A stretch of 64,000 nt of DNA from an uncultured Chloroflexia bacterium (GTDB lineage Bacteria > Chloroflexota > Limnocylindria > Limnocylindrales > CSP1-4), in NCBI GenBank assembly GCA_963749735.1, contig CAVVNZ010000004.1:104567-168566 (forward strand). Direction: 5' to 3'. Below, piece after piece: positions 27,418-37,417 of the stretch. A model generated the notes under the pieces. The model was not told the origin of the DNA. It worked only from the letters and a program-made list of their open reading frames with translations, and did no database searches. Both the position numbers and the translations under genes were made by a program. How positions within the stretch are numbered: the first letter of the stretch is position 1; each line of letters begins with the position of its first letter.

Positions 27418-28809
27418 GTGCCGTGGCTCCTCCTGGCAGCCGGTCAGGCCTCGTTCGTCATCGGCGATCTCCTGTTCGTCTACTTCGACCACACGGGGGA
27501 ACGGCCATTCCCGTCGCTGGCGGATGCGTTCTACCTCGCCGGCTATCCGATCATCGTGGTCGGCCTGTTCCTGTTCATCCGGCGACGGCTCGGCGGAGGA
27601 GACCGGTCTGGCCTGCTTGACGCCGCGATCCTGACGACCAGCGCCGGCGTCCTGACCTGGACCTTCCTGATGCAGCCGGCCCTGGTGGGCCAGGACATGG
27701 ACCCCCTCTCGCTGGCGATCTCCGGGGCGTATCCGCTGGCCGACCTCGTGCTCATCGGCGTCACCCTTGGCCTGCTGGTGACTCCGGGGGCGCGGACGAC
27801 GTCGTTCCGGTTGCTGATCACCTCGCTGGTGTTGATGCTCGTCGCCGACCAGATCTACGCGCTCCAGAGCCTGTCGGACACCTACCAGTCCGGATCGCCC
27901 CTCGACCTGCTGTGGCTGCTCGCCTACCTCACGGTCGGCAGCGCGGCGCTTCATCCGTCGATGCGGACCCTGAGCGAGGCGCAGCCCGTCAACGTGACCT
28001 GGCTCGGTCCCGTCCGACTCCTGTTCCTGACCGCGGCGATGCTGACCGGACCCATCCTGATGACCGTCGGGCGGGAGGGGACCGATACCGGCCTGTGGGT
28101 CATCGCCGGTGGCTCGGCGCTGCTCTCCGTCCTCGTCCTCGCCCGCCTGGCCGGCCTCGTCGGGACGCTCGCCCGCGACGTCGAACAGCGGCGGGCCCTC
28201 GAGGAGCGGCTCAGTCATCAGGCGTACCACGACGCCCTGACCGGACTGGCCAACCGACGCCTGTTCGTGGAGCGCGTCGCCGCGGCGCTCGGCGCGCGAC
28301 GTGCGCCGGGTGGCCTCGCGGTCCTGTTCCTCGACCTCGACGACTTCAAGACCGTCAACGACGAGATGGGGCACGCCGCCGGCGACGCCCTCCTGGCGGC
28401 GGTCTCGGAGCGCCTCGCCGGCGCCTGCCGGGAGACGGACCTTGCGGCTCGACTCGGCGGCGACGAGTTCGGGGTCTTCGTGACCGAGCTGCAGGACGTA
28501 TCCGAAGCGCGACTCGTCGCCGAGCGGATCCATGCGGTCCTGTCGAACCCGGTCGAGATCGCGGGACGGACCGTGCCGGTCGGGGTCAGCCTCGGGGTCG
28601 CGGTCGACACCGCGGAGACCCGCACGGCCGACGACCTGCTCGGAGCCGCCGACGTGGCGATGTATCGGGCCAAGGCGGCCGGCAAGGGGACGGTGCACAC
28701 CGCACCGCTCGACCGCCGGGAGCAGGACGAGGGTTCCGGTCGGGTCGGCTCCCGTCGCGCACGCCCGGGCCCAGCGCCTCGCCTGGACGAGCGCTACCAG
28801 CCGACCTGA
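27418..28809 (+). CDS. membrane-bound diguanylate cyclase (GGDEF domain, I-site present); true start probably upstream
   Basis: 463-aa ORF with an N-terminal polytopic domain and a GGDEF domain (HDALTGLANRR..LDLDDFKTVND..RETDLAARLGGDEFGV). The same frame stays open and membrane-like back to 27265 (WIYLAAGLAAAGVYFLLP..) but contains no start codon there. Confidence 0.8.
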   Translation: MPWLLLAAGQASFVIGDLLFVYFDHTGERPFPSLADAFYLAGYPIIVVGLFLFIRRRLGGGDRSGLLDAAILTTSAGVLTWTFLMQPALVGQDMDPLSLAISGAYPLADLVLIGVTLGLLVTPGARTTSFRLLITSLVLMLVADQIYALQSLSDTYQSGSPLDLLWLLAYLTVGSAALHPSMRTLSEAQPVNVTWLGPVRLLFLTAAMLTGPILMTVGREGTDTGLWVIAGGSALLSVLVLARLAGLVGTLARDVEQRRALEERLSHQAYHDALTGLANRRLFVERVAAALGARRAPGGLAVLFLDLDDFKTVNDEMGHAAGDALLAAVSERLAGACRETDLAARLGGDEFGVFVTELQDVSEARLVAERIHAVLSNPVEIAGRTVPVGVSLGVAVDTAETRTADDLLGAADVAMYRAKAAGKGTVHTAPLDRREQDEGSGRVGSRRARPGPAPRLDERYQPT

Positions 28810-28844
28810 CCGCCGGGTCGGGCTCCTGGCCTACACTCGGGCCG

Positions 28845-29606
28845 ATGGAGCTTCCGCTGTTCCCGTTGCACACCGTCCTCTGCCCGGGCGTGGCGTTGCC
28901 GCTGCACGTCTTCGAGCCGCGCTACCGGGCGCTCGTCGCGCGCTGCCTTGCGGAGGGCACGCCGTTCGGCGTCGTCCTCATCCGCGACGGGCGAGAGGTC
29001 GGTCCCGGGCCGACGAGCATCGCCACCGTCGGGACGGTCGCCGAGATCCGAGAGGCGGGCAAGTTCAGCGACGGCCGCTATGAGCTGCTCATCGTCGGGG
29101 TCCGTCGGTTCCGGATCGAGTCCGTCACGGTGGGCCGCGAGCCGTACCTCGTCGGCGATGTCGAGGAGCTCGAGGAGGAGATCGGCGACCGACTCGCGGC
29201 GCGCGCCCTGACCGACCGAGTCACCCAACGGTTCGTCCGCTACCTGGCGCTCCTCCAACCGGCCGAGGGCGAGGATGCCGACGAGATCGACGTCCAGGTC
29301 GAGCTCGAGGTCGAAGACGATCCGGCCGACGCATCGGGATCGTCGGCGTCGGACGGCGAGCCGGACCCGCTCGACGACGTCGCGCGCCGGGTCGCCGTGC
29401 CGGACGATCCCACGATCCTGTCCTATCTCCTGTCCGGGATCATCCAGGTCGACCAGCCGAGACGCCAGCAGCTCCTCGAGGCACCGACGACGGAATCGCG
29501 GCTGCGGGAGCTGATCCGCCTGATCGATCGCGAGGTGGTCCTGCTCGACCGGCGATTGCGCAACTTCAGCGTCGACCCGCGTACGATCGCGCTCCGCCGG
29601 AACTAG
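28845..29606 (+). CDS. Lon N-terminal (LON substrate-binding) domain protein
   Basis: C-terminal part of ORF 27912..29606, starting at ATG 28845. Contains LPLFPLHTVLCPGVALPLHVFEPRYRALV..FGVVLIRDG. Confidence 0.75.
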   Translation: MELPLFPLHTVLCPGVALPLHVFEPRYRALVARCLAEGTPFGVVLIRDGREVGPGPTSIATVGTVAEIREAGKFSDGRYELLIVGVRRFRIESVTVGREPYLVGDVEELEEEIGDRLAARALTDRVTQRFVRYLALLQPAEGEDADEIDVQVELEVEDDPADASGSSASDGEPDPLDDVARRVAVPDDPTILSYLLSGIIQVDQPRRQQLLEAPTTESRLRELIRLIDREVVLLDRRLRNFSVDPRTIALRRN

Positions 29607-29607
29607 G

Positions 29608-30741
29608 GTGGACATCAGGGAGGCGACGCCGGACGAGCTCGCCGATTGGGACGCGCAGGTCGTCGACACCCCGACCGGGAACGTCCACCAGTCGCGAGCC
29701 TGGGCCGCCTACCGGGGTGCGTCCGGGTGGCGGCCGCGTTTCCTGGTGACCGACGACAGCGCCCGGGTCCTGGCCCTCAGCCGCGCGTGGCCCGTGGTCG
29801 GCGGCAACGGCGTTTACGTGTCGCGCGGGCCGCTCCCCGAGGCCGACGTGCGGCTCACCCTGGCGCGCCTCGAGGCCGTCACGTCATGGCTCGCCGACCG
29901 GGGCTCAGCGGTCGTCGCCTCGGACGCCGAGGTCCCGGCGAGCTCGGGCTACCCCGACCTGCTCCTCGCCGCGGGATTCCACCGGATCGAGGAGCTCCAG
30001 CCGTCCCGGCACCGTCTCGCCGTCGACCTGACCGGCGGCGCCGACCCGGCCATGCTGCTCGGCAGCTTCAGCGCCACGACCCGGAACATGATCCGCGCCG
30101 CCGAGCGGAGCGATCTTCGGATCGTCAGGATCGGCCCGGCACCGCGACCTATCGCCGGGTCCTGGGGCGACGGGTCAGCAGATCGCGATCAGCCCGAGGC
30201 CGGACCGGCCGGCCTTGACCTCCTGCGCGCCGAGCTCGACGTCCTGTACGGCTCGATGCGTGCGACGGCGGAGCGTCGCGGGTTCGGCCTCGCTTCCCGG
30301 ACCAGGTTCCTCGACTGGTCGCGGCGTGCCTTCGCCGACGGACACCTCGTCTACCTCGGCGCCCACGAGCCCGGCGGGGAGCTGGTCGCGGGCGCCACGT
30401 TCTATCGTCACGGTCGGCGCTGGACGTACTCCCATGCCGCCGACGACGCACGCTTCCGGAAGGCCTATCCCGGTGCGGTGCGCCTGCTCGTCTGGGAGGC
30501 GATCAAGGGCGCGCTGGCCGAGGGTCGCGACGAGATGGACCTCGGCGGCGTCGATGTTCCGGGTGCCCGTCGTCGGCCCGAGCCCGGCGAGCCCGCTCAC
30601 GGGATGCTCGCCTTCAAGGAGTCGTTCGGAGCACGCTGGATCGAGCTGAGCGGCGCCCACGAGCGCGTCCTGAGCCCCGTCCGCTACGGACTGGGTCGGG
30701 TGACCGCCAAGGTCGCGGCCTCGCTGGGTCGCGCCAGCTGA
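29608..30741 (+). CDS. FemAB-family / GNAT-fold peptidyltransferase-like protein
   Basis: 377 aa, with a GTG start 1 nt after the upstream stop. N-terminus WDAQVV..GNVHQSRAWAAYR and C-terminus ..YSHAADDARFRKAYPGAVRLLVWEAI resemble FemX/lipid II aminoacyl-transferase-like proteins. Confidence 0.6.
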   Translation: MDIREATPDELADWDAQVVDTPTGNVHQSRAWAAYRGASGWRPRFLVTDDSARVLALSRAWPVVGGNGVYVSRGPLPEADVRLTLARLEAVTSWLADRGSAVVASDAEVPASSGYPDLLLAAGFHRIEELQPSRHRLAVDLTGGADPAMLLGSFSATTRNMIRAAERSDLRIVRIGPAPRPIAGSWGDGSADRDQPEAGPAGLDLLRAELDVLYGSMRATAERRGFGLASRTRFLDWSRRAFADGHLVYLGAHEPGGELVAGATFYRHGRRWTYSHAADDARFRKAYPGAVRLLVWEAIKGALAEGRDEMDLGGVDVPGARRRPEPGEPAHGMLAFKESFGARWIELSGAHERVLSPVRYGLGRVTAKVAASLGRAS

Positions 30742-30742
30742 G

Positions 30743-31345
30743 CTATTCGGAGAAGCGCTCTTCCTTCCACGGATCCGCGTCGTTGTTGTAGCCGTAGCGC
30801 TCCCAGAACCCGAGGATGTCGTGGTCGAGGAACTCGAGGCCGCGGATCCATTTGGCGCTCTTCCAGAAGTAGCGCTTGGGGACGAACAGCCGGAGCGGAT
30901 AGCCGTGCTCCGGCTCGAGCGGCTTCCCGTCGAAGGTGTCCGCCAGCAGGACATCATCGTCGTCGAGGACCGACAGCGGAAGGTTGGCCGTATAGCCCTG
31001 CTCCGAATGCGCCAGGACGTGGGTCGCCTCGGGCTTGACCCCGGCGGCCGTCAGGATCTCCTGGATGGCCACGCCCTCCCAGACCGTGTCGAGCTTGGTC
31101 CAGCGGGTGACGCAGTGGATGTCGGTCCGAACCTGCTTGCGAGGCAGCGCCTTGAACTGGTCCCATGTCAGGGTCAACGGCGCGTCGACGAGACCGAACA
31201 CGCGGAAGTCCCAGGTCGCCAGGTCCGTGCGCGGCACCGACCCGTAATGAAGGACCGGGAACTTGTCGGTCTTGTACTGGCCCGGCGGGATGCGCTCGGC
31301 GATGGCAGGGTCCGTGGGCTTGCCGCCGAACAGGCGCTCGATCAT
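30743..31345 (-). CDS. sulfite-oxidase-family molybdopterin oxidoreductase (YedY/MsrP-like catalytic domain, no signal peptide)
   Basis: ORF 30743..31387 trimmed to MIERLF. Contains [58 protein letters not shown]. Confidence 0.8.
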   Translation of the reverse strand: MIERLFGGKPTDPAIAERIPPGQYKTDKFPVLHYGSVPRTDLATWDFRVFGLVDAPLTLTWDQFKALPRKQVRTDIHCVTRWTKLDTVWEGVAIQEILTAAGVKPEATHVLAHSEQGYTANLPLSVLDDDDVLLADTFDGKPLEPEHGYPLRLFVPKRYFWKSAKWIRGLEFLDHDILGFWERYGYNNDADPWKEERFSE

Positions 31346-31432
31346 CGGCTGTCTCCCTGAGGTCGTCCTGTCCGCATGGTCCCACAAGGCGACGGATCGT
31401 TCCGGGGGGACGGCGCCGGGTCGGCCATGCCG

Positions 31433-32984
31433 CTACGGCGACGCCGCGTCCTCGACCCGGAGGACCCACATCCCGGCGGCCTTGTCGACCAGGATCGGGA
31501 CGTAGCGCGAACCGCCGATCACCGTCGGCTGGTCGATCTCGAGCAGCTGGTAACGCGGGTCGGCCGGGTCGTCGTCGAGGCGGTCGTGATAGATGAACGT
31601 CCCGGGCGCCGGCTTGCCGTTGGCCGGATCCAAGGCGGTCGCCAACGTCGAATAGGCGACCTCGGGGAGCGGCAGTCGGAGGTCGGCGACCGCTTGCGCA
31701 CGAAGCCTCGTCGGCACGATCGCGAGCGGTCGCGCCGAGATGTCCTGCGACGGTGGCAGCCCGTGCCATGAGGGGCGTGATCCCAGCTTCGCGTCGATCG
31801 CCTCGAACGCGCGTCGGGCGTTGGCATGCAGCTTCACCTGCGTGGCGATCGATGTCCGGGTCGCGATGTCCAGCTGCGCGATCGGCGCGACGGCGAGGGC
31901 GACGAGCAGGCCGCCCGCGAGCGGCAGCACGAGGCGGCGCGTCCCCTGTCCAAGGAGCCTGGCCCAGCCGACGCCGGATCTCGGGGACGTCGAGGACCGA
32001 GACGCCGATGGCCGCGGCGAACAGCAGACCGAGGTCGATCGGGACGAGGTAGCGCGACGACAGGAAGGTCCCGCGCGCGCCGGTGATGATGAACAGCCCC
32101 GCGATCCCGCCGACCACTCCGGCGAGGCCGACCGCCAGCGCCCACCGTCGACGAGCGACCAGCACGTAGATCGATGCGGCGGCCAGCGGGAGCAGGGCGA
32201 TCTGCCCGAGGAAGTGCTGCCACATCCAGCCGACCATCTCGACCAGGTTCCGGACGTCGCGACCCTCCGAGTTGGCGAGCGCGGTCGATGTCCAGAAGAG
32301 GGGATCGCCGAACACGAGCTGGTCGTGAGCCAGGAGGATCGGGATCGCCAGGAACCCGACCAGGGTCAAATACGCCCGTCCCGGCGGTCGCGGGCGGTGT
32401 CGCACGGCGGCCCGGATCTCGAGTGCGACGAGGGCGCCCAGGGCGACGGCCACGACCGCCAGGACCTCGGGCCGGACGAGCACGGCGAGCATCAGCGACA
32501 GGCCCGCGACGAGATAGCGCGGCCGCTCCGCGCTCACGGCCAGCCCGGCGATGAGCAGGAACAGGGTCATCCACGTGATCGCGTAGGCCAGGCTGATGTC
32601 GACGAGCAGGATCGGGGACACGAGGAACGCCACCGCGGCGAAGGCACCGCTCGCGAGCCCGCCGATCCGCTCGGCGAGCACGGTCGCGAGGACGACGCAC
32701 AGCGCGAAGGCGAAGACCGCCGCCCAGGCGACCGGGCGCCAGTCGCCGGATACGCCGTACAGCACGCCATAGACGACGTCGAGGAGCGGTTTCGAGGTCT
32801 GCGTGAGGCGACCTTCGACCTGCTGTCCGGCGAGCAGCCGCTGGAACTCGATGACCGGTGCGACGGCGTCGGGCCCGACGGATCCGGACCGGATGGGGCG
32901 GACCGTCTGGACGGCGATGGCGACCGCCGCGATGAACAGGCCGGCCAGCATCCCGAGGCGCCAACGGCTGCTCAGGTTGGTCAT
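31433..32984 (-). pseudogene. GT-C-like (ArnT/PMT-like) polytopic membrane protein, apparently frameshifted near 31930-31975
   Basis: The first ~340 aa of ORF 30954..32984 are a convincing polytopic protein up to ..SVLDVPEIRRRLG, after which the frame turns R/P/A-rich. The coding-like continuation (LVLPLAGGLLVALAVAPIAQLD...WVLRVEDAASP) is ORF 31433..31930 in another frame. Confidence 0.55.
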
Positions 32985-33018
32985 GGTCGTCCGGAAGTCT
33001 AGGGTATCCTCCTCGGCG

Positions 33019-33798
33019 ATGCCCTCCCCCGACGAAGGTCCCGCGCCCCACCGACCCCGGGTCGTGATCGTGATGCCGGCCTACAACGCCGCGCGGACCC
33101 TCGAGCGGACGTATGCCGACATCCCGCACGACATCATCGACCGGGTGATCCTCGTCGACGATGTCTCCCGGGACCACACGGTGGAGGTCGCCCGCCAGCT
33201 CGGGCTCGACGTCATCATCCACCGCCAGAACCGCGGGTACGGCGGCAACCAGAAGACGTGCTACGACGCCGCGCTGGCGGCGGGTGCGGACGTGGTGGTG
33301 ATGCTCCACCCCGACTACCAGTACGACGCGACGCGGATCCCCGACCTGATCGCGCCGATCCTGGCGGGCGACAAGGACCTGATGCTCGGCAGCCGGTTCC
33401 TGGGCGACCCGATCGCGGGTGGGATGCCGCGCTGGAAGTACGTCAGCAACCGGTTCCTGACCGGCCTCGAGAATCGTGCGTTCGGCCTCCACCTGAGCGA
33501 ATACCACACCGGGCTGCGCGCCTACAGCCGCAGGCTTCTCGAGGCCATCCCGTACAACCTCAACAGCGACGACTTCGTGTTCGACCAGGAGCTGATCAGC
33601 CAGGTCGTGGCGGCCGGCGGGCTCGGGATCGGCGAGATCGGCGTCCCGACCCGGTATTTCGAGGAGGCAAGCTCGGTCGGGTTCCAGCGCAGCGTCGTCT
33701 ACGGCCTGGCGACACTACGCGTCGTCGCCCGCTTCCTGCTCCATCGGATCAGGCTCCGCCGCTCTCCCAAGCTGACCCCCCGACCCCCAGCGGCCTAG
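33019..33798 (+). CDS. family 2 glycosyltransferase (polyprenyl-phosphate sugar synthase-like, Dpm1/ArnC type)
   Basis: Within ORF 32803..33798, starting at ATG 33019. Contains VVIVMPAYNAARTL..VILVDDVSRDHT..NRGYGGNQK..DVVVMLHPDYQYD. Confidence 0.85.
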   Translation: MPSPDEGPAPHRPRVVIVMPAYNAARTLERTYADIPHDIIDRVILVDDVSRDHTVEVARQLGLDVIIHRQNRGYGGNQKTCYDAALAAGADVVVMLHPDYQYDATRIPDLIAPILAGDKDLMLGSRFLGDPIAGGMPRWKYVSNRFLTGLENRAFGLHLSEYHTGLRAYSRRLLEAIPYNLNSDDFVFDQELISQVVAAGGLGIGEIGVPTRYFEEASSVGFQRSVVYGLATLRVVARFLLHRIRLRRSPKLTPRPPAA

Positions 33799-33802
33799 CG
33801 GC

Positions 33803-34819
33803 GTGAACCGCGGCCGCGGCGGACTGCTTCGGGCCGTCCTGGGCATCGCGATCTCGATCGCGTCGCTGTGGTTCGTCCTCCGCGGCGTGGACTTCGCGAG
33901 CGTGGGGGCCATCCTGCGCACCGCGGTCCCCGCGTGGATCCTCGTGACGGTGCTCCTCCAGGTCGTCGACGTGCTCTTCCGAACCGCCCGCTGGCAGCAG
34001 CTCGTGGCCCCGATCAAGTGGATCCGCTTCTCCTCGATGCTGGCCTACCTCCTCGTCGGCTATCTCGCCAACAACATCCTGCCGGCGCGCCTCGGCGAGC
34101 TCGTCCGGAGTCACTATCTGGGCGATCGCGAGGGGGTCAGCCGTGCCTCGGCGCTCGGGACGGTCGTCGTCGAACGGGTCGTCGACACGGCGGTCGTCGT
34201 GACCATCGGGGCGATCGCGATCTTCGTCCTCCACATCCGCGGTGTCGTCGCCAGCGCGGTGCTGGTGGGCCTCGCCGTGACCGGCCTGCTGGTCGTCGGT
34301 CTGGCGATCGGCATCGTCGCCCACCGCCTTCCGGGTGCGGACCGGATCATCGCCATGGCCGAGCGCCGTCCGCGGATCGCCGAGGTCGGGCGCCGTCTCC
34401 ACGACGGCCTCGCAGTGGCCCGCCGACCGCGGACGCTGACGGCGGCCGTCGGCCTGAGCGTGGCCGCCTGGGCGGCCAGCTTGCTGGCCGTCGCGACGGC
34501 TGGGCAGGCGCTCCGGATCGAGTTGACGATCGGCGAGGCCGCGCTCCTGTCGGCCGGCGTCGCCCTGGCCACCGCGATCCCGTCCGGCCCCGGCTACCTC
34601 GGGACGTTCGAGCTGGCCTTCGTCACGATCGGCACCGCCATCGGCCTGTCCAAGGACGAGGCGCTGGCCCTGGGACTCCTCGTCCACGTGACGATCCTCG
34701 TCCTGACCTCGGTCGGCGGGGCGGTCGCCTTCCTGCGACTCGGCTGGAGCCGCAGCAGCGGCGAGATCGCGGAGGTGGCCCGAGCCCTGGTCGACGACGA
34801 GGGCGCAGCGGACATGTGA
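33803..34819 (+). CDS. UPF0104/LPG-synthase-TM family membrane protein (flippase-like)
   Basis: 338 aa and polytopic, with the motif NNILPARLGELVRSHYL typical of this family. Starts 4 nt after the GT2 stop. Confidence 0.75.
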   Translation: MNRGRGGLLRAVLGIAISIASLWFVLRGVDFASVGAILRTAVPAWILVTVLLQVVDVLFRTARWQQLVAPIKWIRFSSMLAYLLVGYLANNILPARLGELVRSHYLGDREGVSRASALGTVVVERVVDTAVVVTIGAIAIFVLHIRGVVASAVLVGLAVTGLLVVGLAIGIVAHRLPGADRIIAMAERRPRIAEVGRRLHDGLAVARRPRTLTAAVGLSVAAWAASLLAVATAGQALRIELTIGEAALLSAGVALATAIPSGPGYLGTFELAFVTIGTAIGLSKDEALALGLLVHVTILVLTSVGGAVAFLRLGWSRSSGEIAEVARALVDDEGAADM

Positions 34820-34846
34820 AGACCCCGGCCGTCGGCCGGGGTCTTC
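34818..34846. terminator. bidirectional hairpin between convergent genes
   Basis: 13-bp perfect stem GAAGACCCCGGCC / GGCCGGGGTCTTC with a 3-nt loop, overlapping the stop at 34819. There is no clear U-tract. Confidence 0.5.
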
Positions 34847-34867
34847 GAGCGCCGGGTGGACCGTCCG

Positions 34868-35902
34868 CTACGGAGCGGGGTTGGCCAGGTCGCTCACCTT
34901 CTGAAGCTTGTACTTGTCGGCGGTCGCCTTGGTCACGACGAACGCGTTCTGGTCCGTCGCCGGGGCGAACGCCAGGGCGGTCAGCTTGAGCGGCGCGAGC
35001 CGCGTATTGAGCTTGGTGACCGTCTCGGCGGCGTCGCCGGTCGCCTCACCGGCGCCCTTGTTGACGAACTCGAGCGCGGTCGCCGCGTACTCGGCGAGGA
35101 TGTCGATGTCGCCCTTCTGGAGCGCGGGGAAGACGACCTCGCGGTTCCCCAGCTGGAACTTGCGTTCCACCGTGAACCCGTTGGCCTCGAGGACCTGGGC
35201 GAAGATCTCGCCGAGGATCTCCTGCTCGTAGAAGTTGGTCGATCCGACCTTGACCGTGATCCCGTTGCCGGACGTCCCGCCCGGGGTGAGGCCATTGGCC
35301 GCGAGCCACGCGCCGGCGACCGACTTGGAGTCCTTGCCGTCGACGGTGACCTGCTTGTTGAGGTCGGTCAGCGCCTCCTGGGTCAGCTTGGCCATGAACG
35401 GATTGATCAGGTCGGGCAGACCCGGCGCCTTGGCGAGCAGGTCGTTCCGAACGACCGGGACGAGGTTGTCGGCCTTCTGGAGATGCTTGTCGTCCTCGAG
35501 CGCGACCAGGTTGTTGACCTGGATCGACGGGTCGGACGAGAACAGCAGCCCGACGTCGACCAGCCCCGACTTGATGGCGCTGAGGCTGAGCGGCCCACCG
35601 GCATCGAGCGGCAGGAACAGCTTGAACTGGACGCCGTAGGTGTCCTTCAGACCGAGCACGCAGAACGGTCGCTGCGGGCACTCGGGCGGGCCCCCGAGCG
35701 TGAGCTGGGATGCGATCGAGCCTGCCGGCGCCGCGGACGCGGGCGAGGCTGCGGTCGATGGACTTGCGACGGCTGACGCGGCCGCAGTCGGTGCGGCCGT
35801 CGCGGCGGTCGTGGCGGATGGACTGCTCCCACCCGACGAGCATGCGCTCACGAGGAGCGCGACGATCGTCGCCCCGAGAGCGGCCCTGCGGAATGTCCGC
35901 AT
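34868..35902 (-). CDS. glycine betaine/choline-type ABC transporter substrate-binding lipoprotein (OpuAC/OpuBC-like)
   Basis: ORF 34868..35941 trimmed to ATG 35902, with GGAAGGAGGA upstream. Signal and lipobox LLVSACSS. Both lobes recognisable (KSGLVDVGLLFSSDP.., ITVKVGSTNFYEQEILGEIFAQVLE). Confidence 0.8.
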   Translation of the reverse strand: MRTFRRAALGATIVALLVSACSSGGSSPSATTAATAAPTAAASAVASPSTAASPASAAPAGSIASQLTLGGPPECPQRPFCVLGLKDTYGVQFKLFLPLDAGGPLSLSAIKSGLVDVGLLFSSDPSIQVNNLVALEDDKHLQKADNLVPVVRNDLLAKAPGLPDLINPFMAKLTQEALTDLNKQVTVDGKDSKSVAGAWLAANGLTPGGTSGNGITVKVGSTNFYEQEILGEIFAQVLEANGFTVERKFQLGNREVVFPALQKGDIDILAEYAATALEFVNKGAGEATGDAAETVTKLNTRLAPLKLTALAFAPATDQNAFVVTKATADKYKLQKVSDLANPAP

Positions 35903-36072
35903 GGGTCCTCCTTCCTGATCGTCCGGCGGTCGCATGGGCACGTCGCCTGAGACGTCCGGGGACTATACCGCGGGTCGTCGGAACCGTCAGACGGCGGCGG
36001 GAACCGGCGGTCGCCTCCGTCGGGGCCATGCGTCGACGGCGTCCGGACCGCCGGACGTCGGGGTCGGGACCG

Positions 36073-36774
36073 TCAGACGGCCGCGTCGGATCGGTCGCCG
36101 GCGGGGTCCTGCGCCAGCCGGATCCCGGGCGAGACGACCCGTCGTTCGGCCAGGGTCAGGCCGCGCTCGGTCGCGACCGCGAGGACCGCCACCAGGATGG
36201 CGCCCGCGACGAGCATCGCCTGGTCCTGGAGGGCGAACCCATCGACGATGTAGCGTCCGAACCCCCCGCCGGCGATCAGGGCGGCCAGGGTCGCCGTGGC
36301 GACCGCGGCGACGGCGGCCGTCCGGAGTCCCGCGACCATGATCGGCATGGCGGCGGGGAGCTCGACCCGGGTCAGGACCTGGGACTCGCGCATGCCCATG
36401 CCCCGGGCGGCGTCGACGATCTCGCGGTCGACTCCTCGCAGCCCGACATGGGTGTTGGCCAGGATCGGCGGGATCGACAGCAGGACGAGGGCGAGGAGCG
36501 GGGTCAGCAGCCCGAACCCGAGGATCGGGAAGAACACGAGGAGCAGCGCATAGGACGGGATCGCGCGTCCGATCCCGGCCACGTTGACCGCGAGCGCGCC
36601 GCCTCGGCCGGTATGCCCGGTGTACAAGCCGATCGGGACCGCGATGATGAGTGCCACCAGGATCGCCAGACCGGCCAGCTCGACGTGTTCGACGAACCGG
36701 GTCGGGATCCCGTCGGCTCCCTGCCAATGGGTCGGATCGGTGAGCCAGCCGAACGCGCCGGTGATCCCATCCAT
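36073..36774 (-). CDS. ABC transporter permease (Opu/ProW-like)
   Basis: 233 aa with an EAA-type loop (VDREIVDAARGMGMRESQVLTRVELPAAMPIM). Confidence 0.85.
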   Translation of the reverse strand: MDGITGAFGWLTDPTHWQGADGIPTRFVEHVELAGLAILVALIIAVPIGLYTGHTGRGGALAVNVAGIGRAIPSYALLLVFFPILGFGLLTPLLALVLLSIPPILANTHVGLRGVDREIVDAARGMGMRESQVLTRVELPAAMPIMVAGLRTAAVAAVATATLAALIAGGGFGRYIVDGFALQDQAMLVAGAILVAVLAVATERGLTLAERRVVSPGIRLAQDPAGDRSDAAV

Positions 36775-36778
36775 GCGC

Positions 36779-37417
36779 TCAGGCCGCTCGTCGCGCCCAA
36801 GGCGTCAAGAGACGCTCGGCGATCTGGAGGAGGACGTCGAGGACGAGCGCGACGACGATGATCAGCACGAACCCGACGTAGATCATCGTCGGGAACTGCC
36901 GGTTGAACCCGCGCAGCATCAGCTGTCCGAGGCCGCCCTCGCCGATGACGGCGGTGACCATCACCAGGCCGACCGTCGTGACGGTCGCGATCCGCAGGCC
37001 GGTGAAGATCACCGGGAGGGCCAGCGGGAGGTCCACGGCGAGCAGCCGCTGGCGGCGACCGTAGCCCATCCCGTCCGCCAATTCGCGGATCTCGGCCGGG
37101 ATCCCGTCGAGCCCTGCCAGGATGTTCCGGGTCAGGATCAGCAGGGTATACCCGATCAGGCCGATCTCGGCGGTGACCAGGGTCAGGCCGGTGAACGGCA
37201 CGAGGAAGGCGAACAGGGCGAGACTCGGGATCGTGTACAGGATCCCGAAGGTCGCCGTGACCGGGCCGCGCAGGAACCCGAGCCGACGGATGAGCAGCGC
37301 AGCCGTGAGCGAGATCAGCAGGCCGCACCAGACCGCGAGCACGGTCAGCACGAGGTGGTCGACGAGGGCACCGGCGATGACCCCGAGGTTGTCGGCGATC
37401 CACTCCGGCTTGATCAC
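36779..37417 (-). CDS. ABC transporter permease (Opu/ProW-like)
   Basis: 212 aa with an EAA-type loop (IPAEIRELADGMGYGRRQRLLAVDLPLALPVIF). Confidence 0.85.
   Translation of the reverse strand: MIKPEWIADNLGVIAGALVDHLVLTVLAVWCGLLISLTAALLIRRLGFLRGPVTATFGILYTIPSLALFAFLVPFTGLTLVTAEIGLIGYTLLILTRNILAGLDGIPAEIRELADGMGYGRRQRLLAVDLPLALPVIFTGLRIATVTTVGLVMVTAVIGEGGLGQLMLRGFNRQFPTMIYVGFVLIIVVALVLDVLLQIAERLLTPWARRAA

Noticed and set aside
35984-36080. 13-bp repeat accgtcagacggc occurring twice, once at the permease stop
   Set aside because: It is too short to be meaningful in GC-rich DNA, and there is no further extended similarity around the two copies.
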